A stretch of DNA of 64,000 nucleotides from Blastocatellia bacterium. GTDB lineage: Bacteria > Acidobacteriota > Blastocatellia > UBA7656. The notes under the pieces are model-generated. The model was not told where the DNA came from and searched no databases. It saw only the letters and a program-made list of their open reading frames with translations. The position numbers and the translations under genes are program-made. Positions 1 to 10,431 of the stretch are shown here, piece by piece. Within the stretch, counting starts at the first letter, position 1; every line of letters begins with the position of its first letter. Where the stretch lies: the NCBI GenBank assembly GCA_963765495.1, contig CAVXWP010000009.1, positions 512,001 through 576,000 on the forward strand, read 5' to 3'.

Positions 1-34
1 TGGTAAAAATGAGATTGAATGAAGGGCACCTGGT

Positions 35-109
35 AATAGGCCACGGATTTGACCTTATTTGATCAGATCTGCGTTCATCCGTCCGATCCGCGTTCATCCG
101 TGGCCTATT
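35..109. repeat. Palindromic intergenic element, family D (AATAGGCC...GGCCTATT ends, CGGAT/ATCCG units)
   Basis: aataggccacggat...atccgcgttcatccgtggcctatt; same termini as 50830-50931. Confidence 0.7.
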
Positions 110-135
110 TCACCTGCCTCTCGATCAGCCGCGCA

Positions 136-1197
136 TCAAGGAACCCAATCTGCGATAAAGACATTTGTTTCGCCCTGTTGTTTCCCGTGTCTGTTTGAGG
201 CAAAGACTATCTTCTTTCCGTCGGGGGTAAACATTGGAAATCCGTCGAAGGTATCGTTGAAGGTGATGCGTTCAAGCCCTGTGCCGTCCACGTTGATGGC
301 ATAGAGATCAAAGTTTCTTCCCTTTGGATCATCCATATTCGAGGCGAAGATTATCCGCTTGCCATCAGGGAAAAAGAAGGGAGCGAAATTGGCTTTCCCG
401 TTGCTTGTGACCTGTCGTTTGCCTGTGCCGTCAGCCTTCATCACCCAGATTTCAAGCGTGGTCGGGCGGATCAGATTCTCTTTTAGCAGAGCGCGATAAT
501 CGGCAATATCCTTTTCCGATTTCGGATGATGGGCGCGAAAGACTATCCACTTGCTGTCATAAGAGAAGAACGGACCGCCGTCGTATCCGACTTCATTCGT
601 CAACCGCTTCACGTTCCTGCCGTCGAGATCCATAGTGTAGATATCGAGGTCGCCATCGCGCAGCGAAGTGAAGACTATCTTCTTGCCGTTTGGAGCGATG
701 GTGGCTTCGGCATCGTAACCCGGATTCCTGGTCAACTGCTTGAGGTCTGACCCGTCGGGCGCGGCGGTGAAAATGTCGAAACTGGGATATACGGCCCAGA
801 CATAACCACGCGAAAAATCCGGTTTGGGCGGACAATCCGAACTGACAAGATGAGTCGAGGAATAAAGAATACGCCTGCCATTGGGAAAGATATAAGAACA
901 GGTTGTGCGGCCCTTGCCCGTAGAGACCATGCGCACATCCGACCCGTCAATATTCATCTGATAAATCTGATCGCAATCGTGCCCTTCGCGGGTTGATTGA
1001 AAGGTCAGTCTCTTCCCATCGGCTGAAAAATAGGCCTCGGCGTTTTCGCCTCCAAACGTGAGCTGGCGGATATTTTTAAGGTGTTTTTCCTCGGGCAATC
1101 GGAGCGAATCCTCCGCATCCTGCCGAGTCAGAGGACGCGCAATCGAAACCAGAACGATGCCAATTGTCATCAAAACAACGAGAATAACTTTCATCAT
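136..1197 (-). CDS. Secreted TolB-like/PD40 beta-propeller protein
   Basis: N-terminal signal peptide; repeated PD40 motifs (FSADGKRLTF, IAPNGKKIVFTS, FFPDGKRIIFASN, FTPDGKKIVFASN); GGAGG RBS. Confidence 0.85.
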   Translation of the reverse strand: MMKVILVVLMTIGIVLVSIARPLTRQDAEDSLRLPEEKHLKNIRQLTFGGENAEAYFSADGKRLTFQSTREGHDCDQIYQMNIDGSDVRMVSTGKGRTTCSYIFPNGRRILYSSTHLVSSDCPPKPDFSRGYVWAVYPSFDIFTAAPDGSDLKQLTRNPGYDAEATIAPNGKKIVFTSLRDGDLDIYTMDLDGRNVKRLTNEVGYDGGPFFSYDSKWIVFRAHHPKSEKDIADYRALLKENLIRPTTLEIWVMKADGTGKRQVTSNGKANFAPFFFPDGKRIIFASNMDDPKGRNFDLYAINVDGTGLERITFNDTFDGFPMFTPDGKKIVFASNRHGKQQGETNVFIADWVP

Positions 1198-1210
1198 ACC
1201 TCCATCAATT

Positions 1211-1391
1211 CAGTATGCAGTAGGCAGTATGCAGTAAGCAGTTTGAGGTTTCAAGTTAGGAGTAGCCCGGCAAATTGCGCCAGAGCAAGCCAGCCAAAGC
1301 AGCAGGCCGGATATGGATTTGAACAGGTGGTACCCGCCTCCAATCACTGCCTACTGCCTACTGCTTGCTGCATACTGCCTACTGCTTACTG
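1211..1391. repeat. Heptamer-armed palindromic element, family A (CAGTAGG / CCTACTG)
   Basis: Left arm cagtatg-cagtagg-cagtatg-cagtaag; right arm about 6 actgcct/actgctt units; core gaacaggtggtacccgcctc; contains the pdxA stop. Confidence 0.85.
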
Positions 1392-2398
1392 TTTTTTGCG
1401 AGGCGTGCGGCAAGCTTTATAGCTTCGATCATGCTGCCGGGGTCGGCTATGCCGCGACCGGCTATGTCGAAAGCCGTTCCGTGATCCACGCTGGTTCGAA
1501 TGATCGGCAGGCCAAGCGTTACATTGACCGCCTCGCCAAAGGCAAGGCACTTGACTGCAATCAATCCTTGATCGTGATAACAGGCCATAACTGCGTCAAA
1601 CTCGCCGCGCGCTGCGCGCACAAAGAGAGTATCGGCGGGAAACGGCCCGTAAACATCTATCCCCTGCTCCTGTCTGCACCACTCGACGGCTGGAATGATC
1701 TCAAGTATCTCTTCCTGCCCAAACAGCCCGTGTTCGCCCGCGTGCGGATTAAGCCCGGCTACGGCTATACGGGGACGTGCAAGACCAAATCTTCGCAACT
1801 CCCGGTCTGCCAGCACGAGCGCGTCTCTGACGCGTTCTTTGGTTATAGCCTTTATAGCATCCGATAGGCTTGTGTGGATGGTCAAGAGGATGACTCTGAG
1901 GTCGCCCGCGAAAAAACACATAAGCGAATCGCTCACTCCACACAATGAGGCCAGCATTTCAGTGTGACCCGGAAAAACCGAACCGGCAAGCCTGAGCGAT
2001 TCTTTATTTATGGGTGCGGTTGCAAGCGCGTTCAATCGCCCTTCGAGACAAAGCCGCGCGCCCGCCTCTATAAACGAGATAGCGGCCCGGCCCGCGACGG
2101 CAGACAGTTGCCCCCATTGCGCCCCTTCGGCGTGACTTCCCGTATCGAAAACGGCTACGGGGTGATTCTCTTTCAAATCAAGCTCGGTTTCAATAACTAC
2201 GGGGTAGTCACAGGCGAGTCCGAGTCGGGCCGCCTGATTGGCGAGCGCGCCCGCATCAGCGATCAGTATGGGCCGACAGACTGCGCGCACTTCGAGATCA
2301 ACTACGGATTTAAGCGCTATTTCGGGTCCAATACCGGCAGGGTCACCTATGGTGATTCCAACCAACGGCTTGTCGGGACTATTTTGTGCTCGCGTCAC
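1379..2398 (-). CDS. pdxA: 4-hydroxythreonine-4-phosphate dehydrogenase
   Basis: GDPAGIGPE, PGHTE, GLNPHAGE, YHDQGL and RTSVDHGTAFDIAG motifs. Confidence 0.95.
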   Translation of the reverse strand: MTRAQNSPDKPLVGITIGDPAGIGPEIALKSVVDLEVRAVCRPILIADAGALANQAARLGLACDYPVVIETELDLKENHPVAVFDTGSHAEGAQWGQLSAVAGRAAISFIEAGARLCLEGRLNALATAPINKESLRLAGSVFPGHTEMLASLCGVSDSLMCFFAGDLRVILLTIHTSLSDAIKAITKERVRDALVLADRELRRFGLARPRIAVAGLNPHAGEHGLFGQEEILEIIPAVEWCRQEQGIDVYGPFPADTLFVRAARGEFDAVMACYHDQGLIAVKCLAFGEAVNVTLGLPIIRTSVDHGTAFDIAGRGIADPGSMIEAIKLAARLAKNSKQ

Positions 2399-2448
2399 AA
2401 GGTTCAGTCAGAGAAAAGGAGAGGATATGGGGCTTTTACCTGCTGCAC

Positions 2449-2808
2449 TTATTCTTCAGACATCTCCTCATCAGGAGACTCATCCATATCTGCGCTGTCT
2501 TCCTTGTACAGGTATTTGATGTTGTGCTTGAGCACCAACAGATTAGGACCTTCATCGCGGTGCAGTTTGATGCAGCCTCGGTCGTACCATTCGATGTTTC
2601 CCCGCAACACTTCGCCATCCTGCAGCACCAGCACCATCGAAGTCTTATTATCCATCTGCTTCTTGTAATAGAAGCTCTCGGCGTGGGTCTGCTCGGGTGG
2701 GACGCGCTTGCGGTTGGCATCGGCATTGCCGCCCCGGCGCTCGGACGGGCCGCGATCCGCCCTCTCTCTCACTTCTGCAAGGGTTGTTCGTATCAGCTTT
2801 CTATTCAC
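2449..2808 (-). CDS. hfq: Hfq-like (Sm-fold) RNA chaperone, acidobacterial type
   Basis: Sm-like core ([19 protein letters not shown]...LVLKHNIKY), basic N-terminal extension, acidic tail; GGAGG RBS. Confidence 0.75.
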   Translation of the reverse strand: MNRKLIRTTLAEVRERADRGPSERRGGNADANRKRVPPEQTHAESFYYKKQMDNKTSMVLVLQDGEVLRGNIEWYDRGCIKLHRDEGPNLLVLKHNIKYLYKEDSADMDESPDEEMSEE

Positions 2809-2998
2809 TACACATCCTCCAAAAGGGAATTACTTTCCAAACAGTGGCCGAGTGCTTTTTGCGCTCTCTGCCCTCTTTAGGTTTCATTCGGAAATCAACG
2901 CCATGCGCACTGAGATCAACGACTGCCGGCGCTGATAAACCGTATTGTACTTCGCTAAATTAAGCGCGGGTTAACTGTCCACCGTTCAGAATGGCAAG

Positions 2999-3027
2999 AT
3001 AGTAGCTCAAGCGTATGCTTTTGGCAA
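2999..3027 (-). promoter_or_regulatory. Putative sigma70 promoter for hfq
   Basis: Minus strand TTGCCA-17 nt-TACTAT, about 190 nt upstream of the ATG. Confidence 0.5.
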
Positions 3028-3199
3028 GTGCAAACTTCCAAGACAGAGGACAAAACAAAACGATCCCAGCGCGGTGGCAAGTTTCCTTCGTGAGGCTCGG
3101 GCGACAGGGACTCGGGGTTGTTATTCGGCCAAAATAAGCGAAGTATATCTTGGGGCCGGGCGAGCCGTTTTTGATAGCTCTGCCCGGCGTGAAAACATC

Positions 3200-3682
3200 C
3201 TACTGAGCCAGCGGCGTGCCGTTTTTGGGTACGCGATCCTGGGCAGTGGCTGTCGGCGGCTGGTCGCCTTCGGTTTCATAAATCACCATTGTTTCATTGG
3301 AATAAAAAGAGCGATTGCCGGTTCCGAAAGCGCCTACGGAGGCGGGCTTGGCAGTCGTATCGAACATGCCCGGCGCTCCTTCACTCGTTATCGGGACAGA
3401 GGCAAAAAGATATCCGCCTTTTGTCCCCGTAGCTATAGTAGTATCAACCAGGCTCTGCGTGCCCAGCGTGGCAAGGTCCGCAAATTTACCGTGGCCCTTG
3501 GTGACCGAATATTGGAGTTGTGATGCGCCAATATTTTTCACTTCTTGAAAGGCAGCCGTCTCTCGCGCGGCCTGCTGAGACTTCAGCAGGTTCGGTATAG
3601 CGATGGCGGCTATGATGCCGATGATCGCCACGACGATAAGCAACTCGATCAGCGAGAAACCTCGCTGCTTTTTCCTATTCAT
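3200..3682 (-). CDS. Type IV pilin-like protein (pilin 1)
   Basis: Class III signal RG/FSLIELLIVVAIIGIIAAIAIPNL with Glu at +5. Confidence 0.9.
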   Translation of the reverse strand: MNRKKQRGFSLIELLIVVAIIGIIAAIAIPNLLKSQQAARETAAFQEVKNIGASQLQYSVTKGHGKFADLATLGTQSLVDTTIATGTKGGYLFASVPITSEGAPGMFDTTAKPASVGAFGTGNRSFYSNETMVIYETEGDQPPTATAQDRVPKNGTPLAQ

Positions 3683-4057
3683 AATCTCTCCTCAGCCCTT
3701 AAGATGAAGTTTCCCTTTATGGGGAATAACTTTGCGCTCTCTTCGGAAATCGAACGCGACCTCAACAGGACGGTTCATTTATTTTTGAGCTGATGGAAGA
3801 AACTATACCATAGATGGGTAAGTCTCGAAAGTACCGCTTTGGGGAAGGCCCGGCTCGATAATTCGGCGGGCATCTATAATCTCTGGGCGTTGCGCATCAA
3901 AAACAGGACGGTCGAAATGCGTGTCTGCGAAACTGTTTGCGCCTCTATTTTCCGAAAACACGTTATTGCAGATTGAAATTTACCCTACGAACCGGCTCTT
4001 TAGCGTAATCGTACCCACCCGGCGATAGTCTTAGTAAAGAGAATGGCTGAGGGAGGG

Positions 4058-6103
4058 TCAATTTACCTTTTGTTGAACTCGCTTCAGGCAATCCGACATC
4101 GCCTCAACCAGCGAGTCAGACCCGGAAAGCGCGAGGCCGCGTTGAAGCACGGTGGCAGCATCAGCCGACCTCCCCGCCTTTTCGTACACAAGCCCCAGTT
4201 CATAATAGGTTTCGACATCTTTTGGAGCCAGATTGATGACCTGCTCCAATTCTTGCGCAGCTTCGCTATAATGACCCAGCCGAGAGTAGCACAGCCCCAG
4301 ATTAAACCGCGCAGCCGTCGCCTGCGGCTTTAACCGTAGAGCGGTTATGAATAACCCCGATGCGGTCTTGTAATCTTCGGCCTTGAAGTAGATCGTGCCT
4401 AAATTGTTGTAGGATTCGAACATCGTAGGGTCCACCCTGATTGCTCGCCTGAAGTACTCGACAGCTTTGTCAGTATTTCCCAAAGCATCATAGGTTCTGC
4501 CGAGAGAATCGAGGACACAGGGTTCGTCAGGAGCCAGTTCGTCTGATTGGATAAATGCAGCGAGCGCCTCCGTATACCGTTTCACTTTCAGCTGCTCGAG
4601 CCCGATATTATAGTAAGGCGACCAGGAGGTCGGACTGATGCGAGCGGCGTTCGACCAGAGCGAGTACTCATCGGCCCAGCTTCGATTTCCGACCCAGCAT
4701 CCCCCTATGAGGATTATCATTAACAGAGTGAGCATAAGCGGACTGAATCTTATAGCCCGTCGAGTAAATACCGCCTCCCGATTGCGCCCGGCCCAGACTC
4801 CACACATCCAGGCAAATCCCGAGGCGATGAGATAGCCAAACCCCATCACTGACAGATATAAGTATCGGTCAGCAAGCAAGTATTCTTCCGATAATTGAGT
4901 GATATTCAGCACGGGCAATATTGGAATCACTATCATGGCCAGAGCGTGCCAAACTTCCTTTCTCAACTTTTTGCGATAACCGACAATCAACCCGAATAAT
5001 AAAGTCAGGAGCACAGCCGGTATGAGAAATTTGGGAGACGCAGCGCTCGTTATGATACGCGTATGATAGACCACGCTCAGGTTGAACGGCCATATAAGGT
5101 GCTGGATATACGACCATAAAATCAATGGAAGGGTCAGCAAAACGTGCACTAAAGAGCCTTTGTGAGCGTTTGGGTTCTCCCAGGTCAGAGCGCCGAGTAC
5201 CGCGTAACGACAGGCCAGATAAAATAAGGCGACCGCCAGATGTGGCAGGGTCCAGGTTGCCGATTGAATAGCTCGGACGGTTATCGCGCGCCACCAGTTT
5301 TGACTCTTCTCTCCAGACCGCGCGACTGCCTTCCCGTTTGCGCCCGATTCGATATATTCATAAGCGAAGATGAGGATGATCAGGCTCAGAGCCGTCTCCT
5401 TCGAGAAGGCCGAAATGGCAAACATGATGAGCGAGACAGCTAAAGAAATCCTGCTTTTATTACTGCGAAATCTGAGATAAAAATAGTAGGATGCGAGAAA
5501 GAACAGGCTGAAGAGAGGGTCAGTCATCCCGCTTATCCAGCTCACCGATTCTGTATGTATCGGATGAATGGCAAAGATACTTGCCGCTATTGCTGCCATC
5601 CATTTTCGCTGAGATATCATCAGCAACACATAATAAACGCCTATCGCGCAAAGCAGGTGCATCAGCAGGCTTACAAGGTGCCAGCCCTGAGGCCACAACC
5701 CGAACAGTTTGTACTCTACCGTAAGCATCACCGTAAAAATCGGGCGATAGTAGGGCGGGGGGAACGGCACACGCAAGGTCGCAGCATGTTCTCTAAACTC
5801 CCAAACGTGCGTCGTGAATGCATGCCCGAGATTATCCCATGAACGTATAAGCGGATTTGTAACGATCTGCTCCGCGTCATCGAAGACAAAGTCCCCGCCG
5901 AGCATGTTTGCATAGGCAAGTGATGACAATAAGCATAAAAGCAGTATGATTCGGCTTGAACTGAGTTGCTCGATCCAACCAAATATAGTCATAGACTCAG
6001 CGTTTTCGGTTTTCGCTTTGCGCGAAGCGGTATCACGCAGGCTCTTGCTCATCTTGCTCGATTTAATTTTTGCTGCAACCATATGCGCTCCTGAATTTGG
6101 CAA
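4058..6103 (-). CDS. TMTC-like GT-C glycosyltransferase with C-terminal TPRs (start uncertain)
   Basis: FVFDD..I..NP, YYRP, HPIHTESVSWISG, SKETA and ADRYLYL motifs; many TM segments; TPR repeats. Confidence 0.8.
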   Translation of the reverse strand: MPNSGAHMVAAKIKSSKMSKSLRDTASRKAKTENAESMTIFGWIEQLSSSRIILLLCLLSSLAYANMLGGDFVFDDAEQIVTNPLIRSWDNLGHAFTTHVWEFREHAATLRVPFPPPYYRPIFTVMLTVEYKLFGLWPQGWHLVSLLMHLLCAIGVYYVLLMISQRKWMAAIAASIFAIHPIHTESVSWISGMTDPLFSLFFLASYYFYLRFRSNKSRISLAVSLIMFAISAFSKETALSLIILIFAYEYIESGANGKAVARSGEKSQNWWRAITVRAIQSATWTLPHLAVALFYLACRYAVLGALTWENPNAHKGSLVHVLLTLPLILWSYIQHLIWPFNLSVVYHTRIITSAASPKFLIPAVLLTLLFGLIVGYRKKLRKEVWHALAMIVIPILPVLNITQLSEEYLLADRYLYLSVMGFGYLIASGFAWMCGVWAGRNREAVFTRRAIRFSPLMLTLLMIILIGGCWVGNRSWADEYSLWSNAARISPTSWSPYYNIGLEQLKVKRYTEALAAFIQSDELAPDEPCVLDSLGRTYDALGNTDKAVEYFRRAIRVDPTMFESYNNLGTIYFKAEDYKTASGLFITALRLKPQATAARFNLGLCYSRLGHYSEAAQELEQVINLAPKDVETYYELGLVYEKAGRSADAATVLQRGLALSGSDSLVEAMSDCLKRVQQKVN

Positions 6104-6226
6104 TCACTTATGCTTCCAAAACCATGCTTTGAAGAGTGTTCTCAGTATAGGGGCGACTCTGTTGCTTCGAGGCGTCAACGGAGGTACCTGCAATCGCGGC
6201 CTTCGGTTGCGCCCTTAGTGCCGCAA

Positions 6227-8089
6227 TCACATCGGCGCACGATTAACGGCAGATGCAGACATGGCCTGGATTTCGCCCATCTTTTTTCGTATCTCGTCGC
6301 GAGCGGGCTCGTCCTTTTCATACTTCAGGGCCTCGCCACACTCTTCAAGCGCGGCATCGAGCTTCCCCTGATCGCGCAACACAAGCGCCAACGAGAAGTG
6401 GTAGACCGGGTCGGTAGAGGACTTACTGATAGATATGCGAATATTCTCTTCCGCTTCCTGTAATCGCCCCTGCTCTTTGTAAGTCATTCCCAGATAGAGA
6501 TAGGCCTTTGGTGCGCGATCATCGAGCAGAATGGCCCGCTTCAAATATTTTTCCGCGTCATCAAGCCTGCCTACCGTAAAGGCCGCACAACCATAGTTGT
6601 ATTGTGCCACCCAGAGATCAGAATCAAGCTGGGCCGCTTCATGAAACAACTCTACAGCCTCGTTTGGATAGCCGCGCTCCAGAAGGCTTGCCCCCATATT
6701 ATTTTTTGCCAGCGCATTGTTTGGCGATATCTGTAACCCCCTGTGATAAAGCAAGACCTCGCTAGCCCAGTATGACTGTTGCATCGCCGTAAAAACGCCC
6801 AGAAACAGGATTACTCCCGTGGCCAGACTCACCTCAAGCGCGGGCTGTCCAAACAGCCGTACTCTTCCAAATCTGAATCGGCTTATTGCGAATGCCAGAA
6901 TGAGCGCAAACCCGACCGAAGGCAGATAAAGATATCGATCATGCACGATCTCTGACTTGGGCAACACGGGCAGGTTCATCAGCGGCAGTAAAGGCAGCAG
7001 CATAAAGAGGAGCGCAAATCGCGTCCAACCTGCCTGGCGGGTGATCCATATCAGGGCTGCTCCAAAAAGCAGAATTCCTGTTAGCGGCAAGATGACGCTG
7101 GCAAAGCCTAAGCTGTCCACGTAAGGAGCTTCGTAGAACGGGCCCAGGTTGACGGGCCATACAAGGAGGGTAAAATATGACCACAACACGGATGGCAGGG
7201 TCAGTATCACCGATAAAAGTGAAAGGTCAACTTGATTGTGGCTGAAAGCCTTCAAAACCATTACGCGCGCTGCTAAATAAAACAGTACAACTGCGAGGAA
7301 CGGAGTCGCTGCTTTGAATGCTGCCCGAGCCCTTGTGCGAAACGGGTCAGGCTCGCCATCCGCCGATTTCCGCATTAACCATTCATAGGCAAAGATGAGG
7401 CCGGGCAGGACAATGGCGCTCTCTTTTTCAAACATCGCAAGCAGGTAGCATAAAACGGCTGCGAGAATCCATATCCTGCGCCTGCCGACCGTCTCTCTTG
7501 CTTTGAGGTAGCACAGAAAAGCTCCCAGCAAAAATGCAGCCATCAGTGATTCGGTAGTGCCCGATACCCAGCTCGCGACCTCTATGTGAACAGGATGCAA
7601 ACCAAAGATGATGCCAGCCCATAAGGCAGTGGTTCTATCATTGCTGAGCTTTTTGGCGAGCAGGTAGACAAAAAGAGTAGTGGCCATGTGCAGGCTGAGA
7701 GTAACCAGATGCCACCAGAACGGCTTCAGACCAAACAACAGATAGTTTAATCCGAACCAGAGCATCAATACCGGGCGATAGTAATTTTCTCCTGTCTGTT
7801 GGACTGTAACCCACATATGTTCGGTCAAGTAGCTCAATACCCTCCAGGACCTTAATCTCGGATTCTGGACGATCAACATCTTATCGTCGAAGACGAACGG
7901 AAAACTGAGAGTCCCAACGTAGGCCAGCAGCGTGAGCACCACTGGGACGATAGGCGCTATCCACGTTCCGGCATTTCCTTTCTCTTTTTTGTCCGGTTCC
8001 GCTTTTGTCTCCTCGACATCGAATCGAGATATGCTGTCAAACGGAGAAGGGCTCAATTCAAGTCCTTCAATCACCTGATTTCCTTCCAT
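6227..8089 (-). CDS. Second TMTC-like GT-C glycosyltransferase with TPRs
   Basis: FVFDD, YYRP, HPVHIEVASWVSG, EKESA and DRYLYLPS motifs; TPR C-terminus; paralogue of 4058-6103. Confidence 0.8.
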   Translation of the reverse strand: MEGNQVIEGLELSPSPFDSISRFDVEETKAEPDKKEKGNAGTWIAPIVPVVLTLLAYVGTLSFPFVFDDKMLIVQNPRLRSWRVLSYLTEHMWVTVQQTGENYYRPVLMLWFGLNYLLFGLKPFWWHLVTLSLHMATTLFVYLLAKKLSNDRTTALWAGIIFGLHPVHIEVASWVSGTTESLMAAFLLGAFLCYLKARETVGRRRIWILAAVLCYLLAMFEKESAIVLPGLIFAYEWLMRKSADGEPDPFRTRARAAFKAATPFLAVVLFYLAARVMVLKAFSHNQVDLSLLSVILTLPSVLWSYFTLLVWPVNLGPFYEAPYVDSLGFASVILPLTGILLFGAALIWITRQAGWTRFALLFMLLPLLPLMNLPVLPKSEIVHDRYLYLPSVGFALILAFAISRFRFGRVRLFGQPALEVSLATGVILFLGVFTAMQQSYWASEVLLYHRGLQISPNNALAKNNMGASLLERGYPNEAVELFHEAAQLDSDLWVAQYNYGCAAFTVGRLDDAEKYLKRAILLDDRAPKAYLYLGMTYKEQGRLQEAEENIRISISKSSTDPVYHFSLALVLRDQGKLDAALEECGEALKYEKDEPARDEIRKKMGEIQAMSASAVNRAPM

Positions 8090-8349
8090 AAAAGCTGCTC
8101 CAGATTTGCTTTGTGGATCATGGCGCTCCTGGCGTTGAATAGGGCTATATCAGGATTGCGCGCTTCGATTGCAGGGGCCGAGCAACGGATTGGGGACAAA
8201 GTCGAATGCGTTTCTGGAGGCGACCGGGAGGCTTGATTCAACCGACACAGAGATTACCACAGCAATCTTCTTATGCGAAGAGTTTTTACCTGTTCAGGGT
8301 AGGGATACTCTCGATTTTTCAAAGGTGGTTTCTCAGTCTCGCACCTCGA

Positions 8350-9087
8350 TCAAAGTTTTAACTTCTTAAAGAGGAATTCGGGCACGCTCTTTACAGCCGC
8401 CATGATCGGACGCCAGAACCACGGAACATAAACTTCGGATTTTCCAGCAAGCATCGCTCTGTGTATCGAGACGCCCACACGCTGCGGGGTTGCGAAAAGC
8501 GCGTTCTTTTCTATCGCGGACGTCATCGGAGTGTCTACAAATCCCGGCTTTATCGTAACCACTTTGACGCCGGATGGGTACAGACGATTGCGCAAGCCTT
8601 GCAGGAATATGCTCACCGCGCCTTTTGCGGCCCCGTAAACGTAATTGCTCTGGCGGCCACGGTCGCCCGCCACGGATGTTATGACGGCGATAGTTCCCTG
8701 TTTGCGCCGTTGGAAATAATTGGCCAGCATAGTAAGCAGGGCGATCACGCTCGTGCAGTTTATGGCGAATTCTTTCAGGGTTTCAGCCGGGTCGAGAGCG
8801 CATTCCTGCTGATTTGCGAGTGTGCCGTAGGCGATCAAAACGGCGTCGAGGTCCCCGATAGATTTTACAGCCTTATCAAGCATCTCTCGATGCCTCGCGG
8901 TTTCGGTTAAATCCAGAACGTAACTTTCGGCCCGGCTCGCCCCGCGCACTTCAAGATCATCTCGAACGGAACCGAGCTTTTGCGCGTCGCGCCCCACAAG
9001 AAAAAGTTCGGCTCCGGTCGCGGCAAAACATTTGCCGACCTCGTGCGCCATCGCCGAGGTCGCTCCGACGATCATTATCTTCTTCAT
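8350..9087 (-). CDS. DprE2-like short-chain dehydrogenase (polyprenyl-P-2-keto-pentose reductase)
   Basis: GATSAMA Rossmann motif; SVAGDRGRQSNYVYGAAK; start MKKIMIV overlaps the dprE1-like stop (ATGA). Confidence 0.85.
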   Translation of the reverse strand: MKKIMIVGATSAMAHEVGKCFAATGAELFLVGRDAQKLGSVRDDLEVRGASRAESYVLDLTETARHREMLDKAVKSIGDLDAVLIAYGTLANQQECALDPAETLKEFAINCTSVIALLTMLANYFQRRKQGTIAVITSVAGDRGRQSNYVYGAAKGAVSIFLQGLRNRLYPSGVKVVTIKPGFVDTPMTSAIEKNALFATPQRVGVSIHRAMLAGKSEVYVPWFWRPIMAAVKSVPEFLFKKLKL

Positions 9088-10421
9088 CCCCTCATGCCGC
9101 CTGATTGCGCGGTGACGCGCCGCCAAAAACCGGAAGAGAATCTCGGATCGACATACCGGGCGAACTCCTTCCAGTTCGGGAAATAGGATTGAAAACTCTC
9201 GGCGCTCATCCTGGCATCCTTGGCCGGATAAACGGCTCCCCCACTTTCTCGCACGATCCTGTCTAGAGAGTCAAGCAGGTTCAAAGTCCTCTCTTCGCGA
9301 TAGGCAAAATCGAGGCAAAGCGTCGAGCCAGGTTTCGGGAAAGAGATCAGGCCGGGCGAGGCAATGTCTCCAAACCGCTTTAAAACAGCCAGAAATGACC
9401 CTTCGCCTGCGCGCGCGGTCCGGGTCAGTATCTCGCTAACGGCCTCGCGTTCGACCGAGGGAGGTACAACGCATTGATATTGCAGAAAGCCACGTCGTCC
9501 ATACATGCGATTCCAGTCGGTTATCGAATCGAGCGGATAAAAGAACGGGTCGTAATGCACTACCTTATTCGTGCCCCTTTCCATACGGTAATAGGTCTCG
9601 TTGAACATTTTCATAGTGAGGCTGTTCAAACAGACCGAAGGAAAATCAAACGGAACGCGAATATTTCTTTGGGTCTTCTTAATTTGAGCCTTCTTAAACT
9701 GTTCCGGCGCGGCTTCATCATGATTTCCACGTATAAAGATGCCCCGCCCTACGCTTGCGCCTCGCGCCAGACAATCCACCCATGCAACGGTGTATTCATA
9801 ATCTCTGTCGGATTCGGCGGAGAGAGTAAAGAATTCGTCCAGGGATTCAAATCTCCTCCTCTCCATTGAGATGAAGGGTCCGCGTATGGGTTTCAGTTGA
9901 AACTCTGCCCACACTATGAGGCCGGTGAGCCCAAGCCCTCCGATGGTTGCTCGGAACAATTCCGTATTTCGATCCGGCGAGCAGAGCAGGCGCTCGCCCG
10001 TTGATCGCAGCAATTCAAAGGATTTCACGTGGAGACCGAATGTACCGGCCCGGTGGTGATTCTTTCCATGCACGTCGTTGGCTATGGCCCCACCCACGGA
10101 AACATACTTGGTTCCCGGGGTCACCGGCAGAAACCAGCCACCAGGAACTATGGTCTTTAGAATCTCGTCAAGCGTGACTCCGGCTTCCGAGCGAAGAACC
10201 CCGGTTTTCCGGTCAAACGAGATAAACCGTCTCAGCTTGGATGTGTCAATCACGACGCCGCCATCATTCAGACAGGCATCGCCGTAACTGCGACCCTGGC
10301 CATAAGCGAGCACGGGTCTGTCAAAGGCTGCGAAGTCCGGCGAATCGCTTCGCCAGTTGAGCCAGGTGATCTCGTCGGGTTGAGCTTCAGGGTAGCGGCC
10401 CCAGGAATGATATTGCTTCAT
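9084..10421 (-). CDS. DprE1-like FAD-dependent oxidase (polyprenyl-P-ribose 2'-oxidase)
   Basis: GQGRSYGD, PVTPGT, DVHGKNHH, GFLQYQ, FLAVLK and YPAKD motifs. Confidence 0.9.
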   Translation of the reverse strand: MKQYHSWGRYPEAQPDEITWLNWRSDSPDFAAFDRPVLAYGQGRSYGDACLNDGGVVIDTSKLRRFISFDRKTGVLRSEAGVTLDEILKTIVPGGWFLPVTPGTKYVSVGGAIANDVHGKNHHRAGTFGLHVKSFELLRSTGERLLCSPDRNTELFRATIGGLGLTGLIVWAEFQLKPIRGPFISMERRRFESLDEFFTLSAESDRDYEYTVAWVDCLARGASVGRGIFIRGNHDEAAPEQFKKAQIKKTQRNIRVPFDFPSVCLNSLTMKMFNETYYRMERGTNKVVHYDPFFYPLDSITDWNRMYGRRGFLQYQCVVPPSVEREAVSEILTRTARAGEGSFLAVLKRFGDIASPGLISFPKPGSTLCLDFAYREERTLNLLDSLDRIVRESGGAVYPAKDARMSAESFQSYFPNWKEFARYVDPRFSSGFWRRVTAQSGGMRG

Positions 10422-10431
10422 AACTCAGACC

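Noticed and set aside
3074-3523. Plus-strand ORFs overlapping pilin 1, and ORFs translated from repeat arms (e.g. 1081-1422, 1313-1867, 57796-58077)
   Set aside because: Antisense to real genes, or low-complexity translations of the repeats (LLPTAYC-like)
3795-3810. Sigma54-like box upstream of pilin 1 (TGGTATAGTTTCTTCC)
   Set aside because: Lacks the invariant -12 GC
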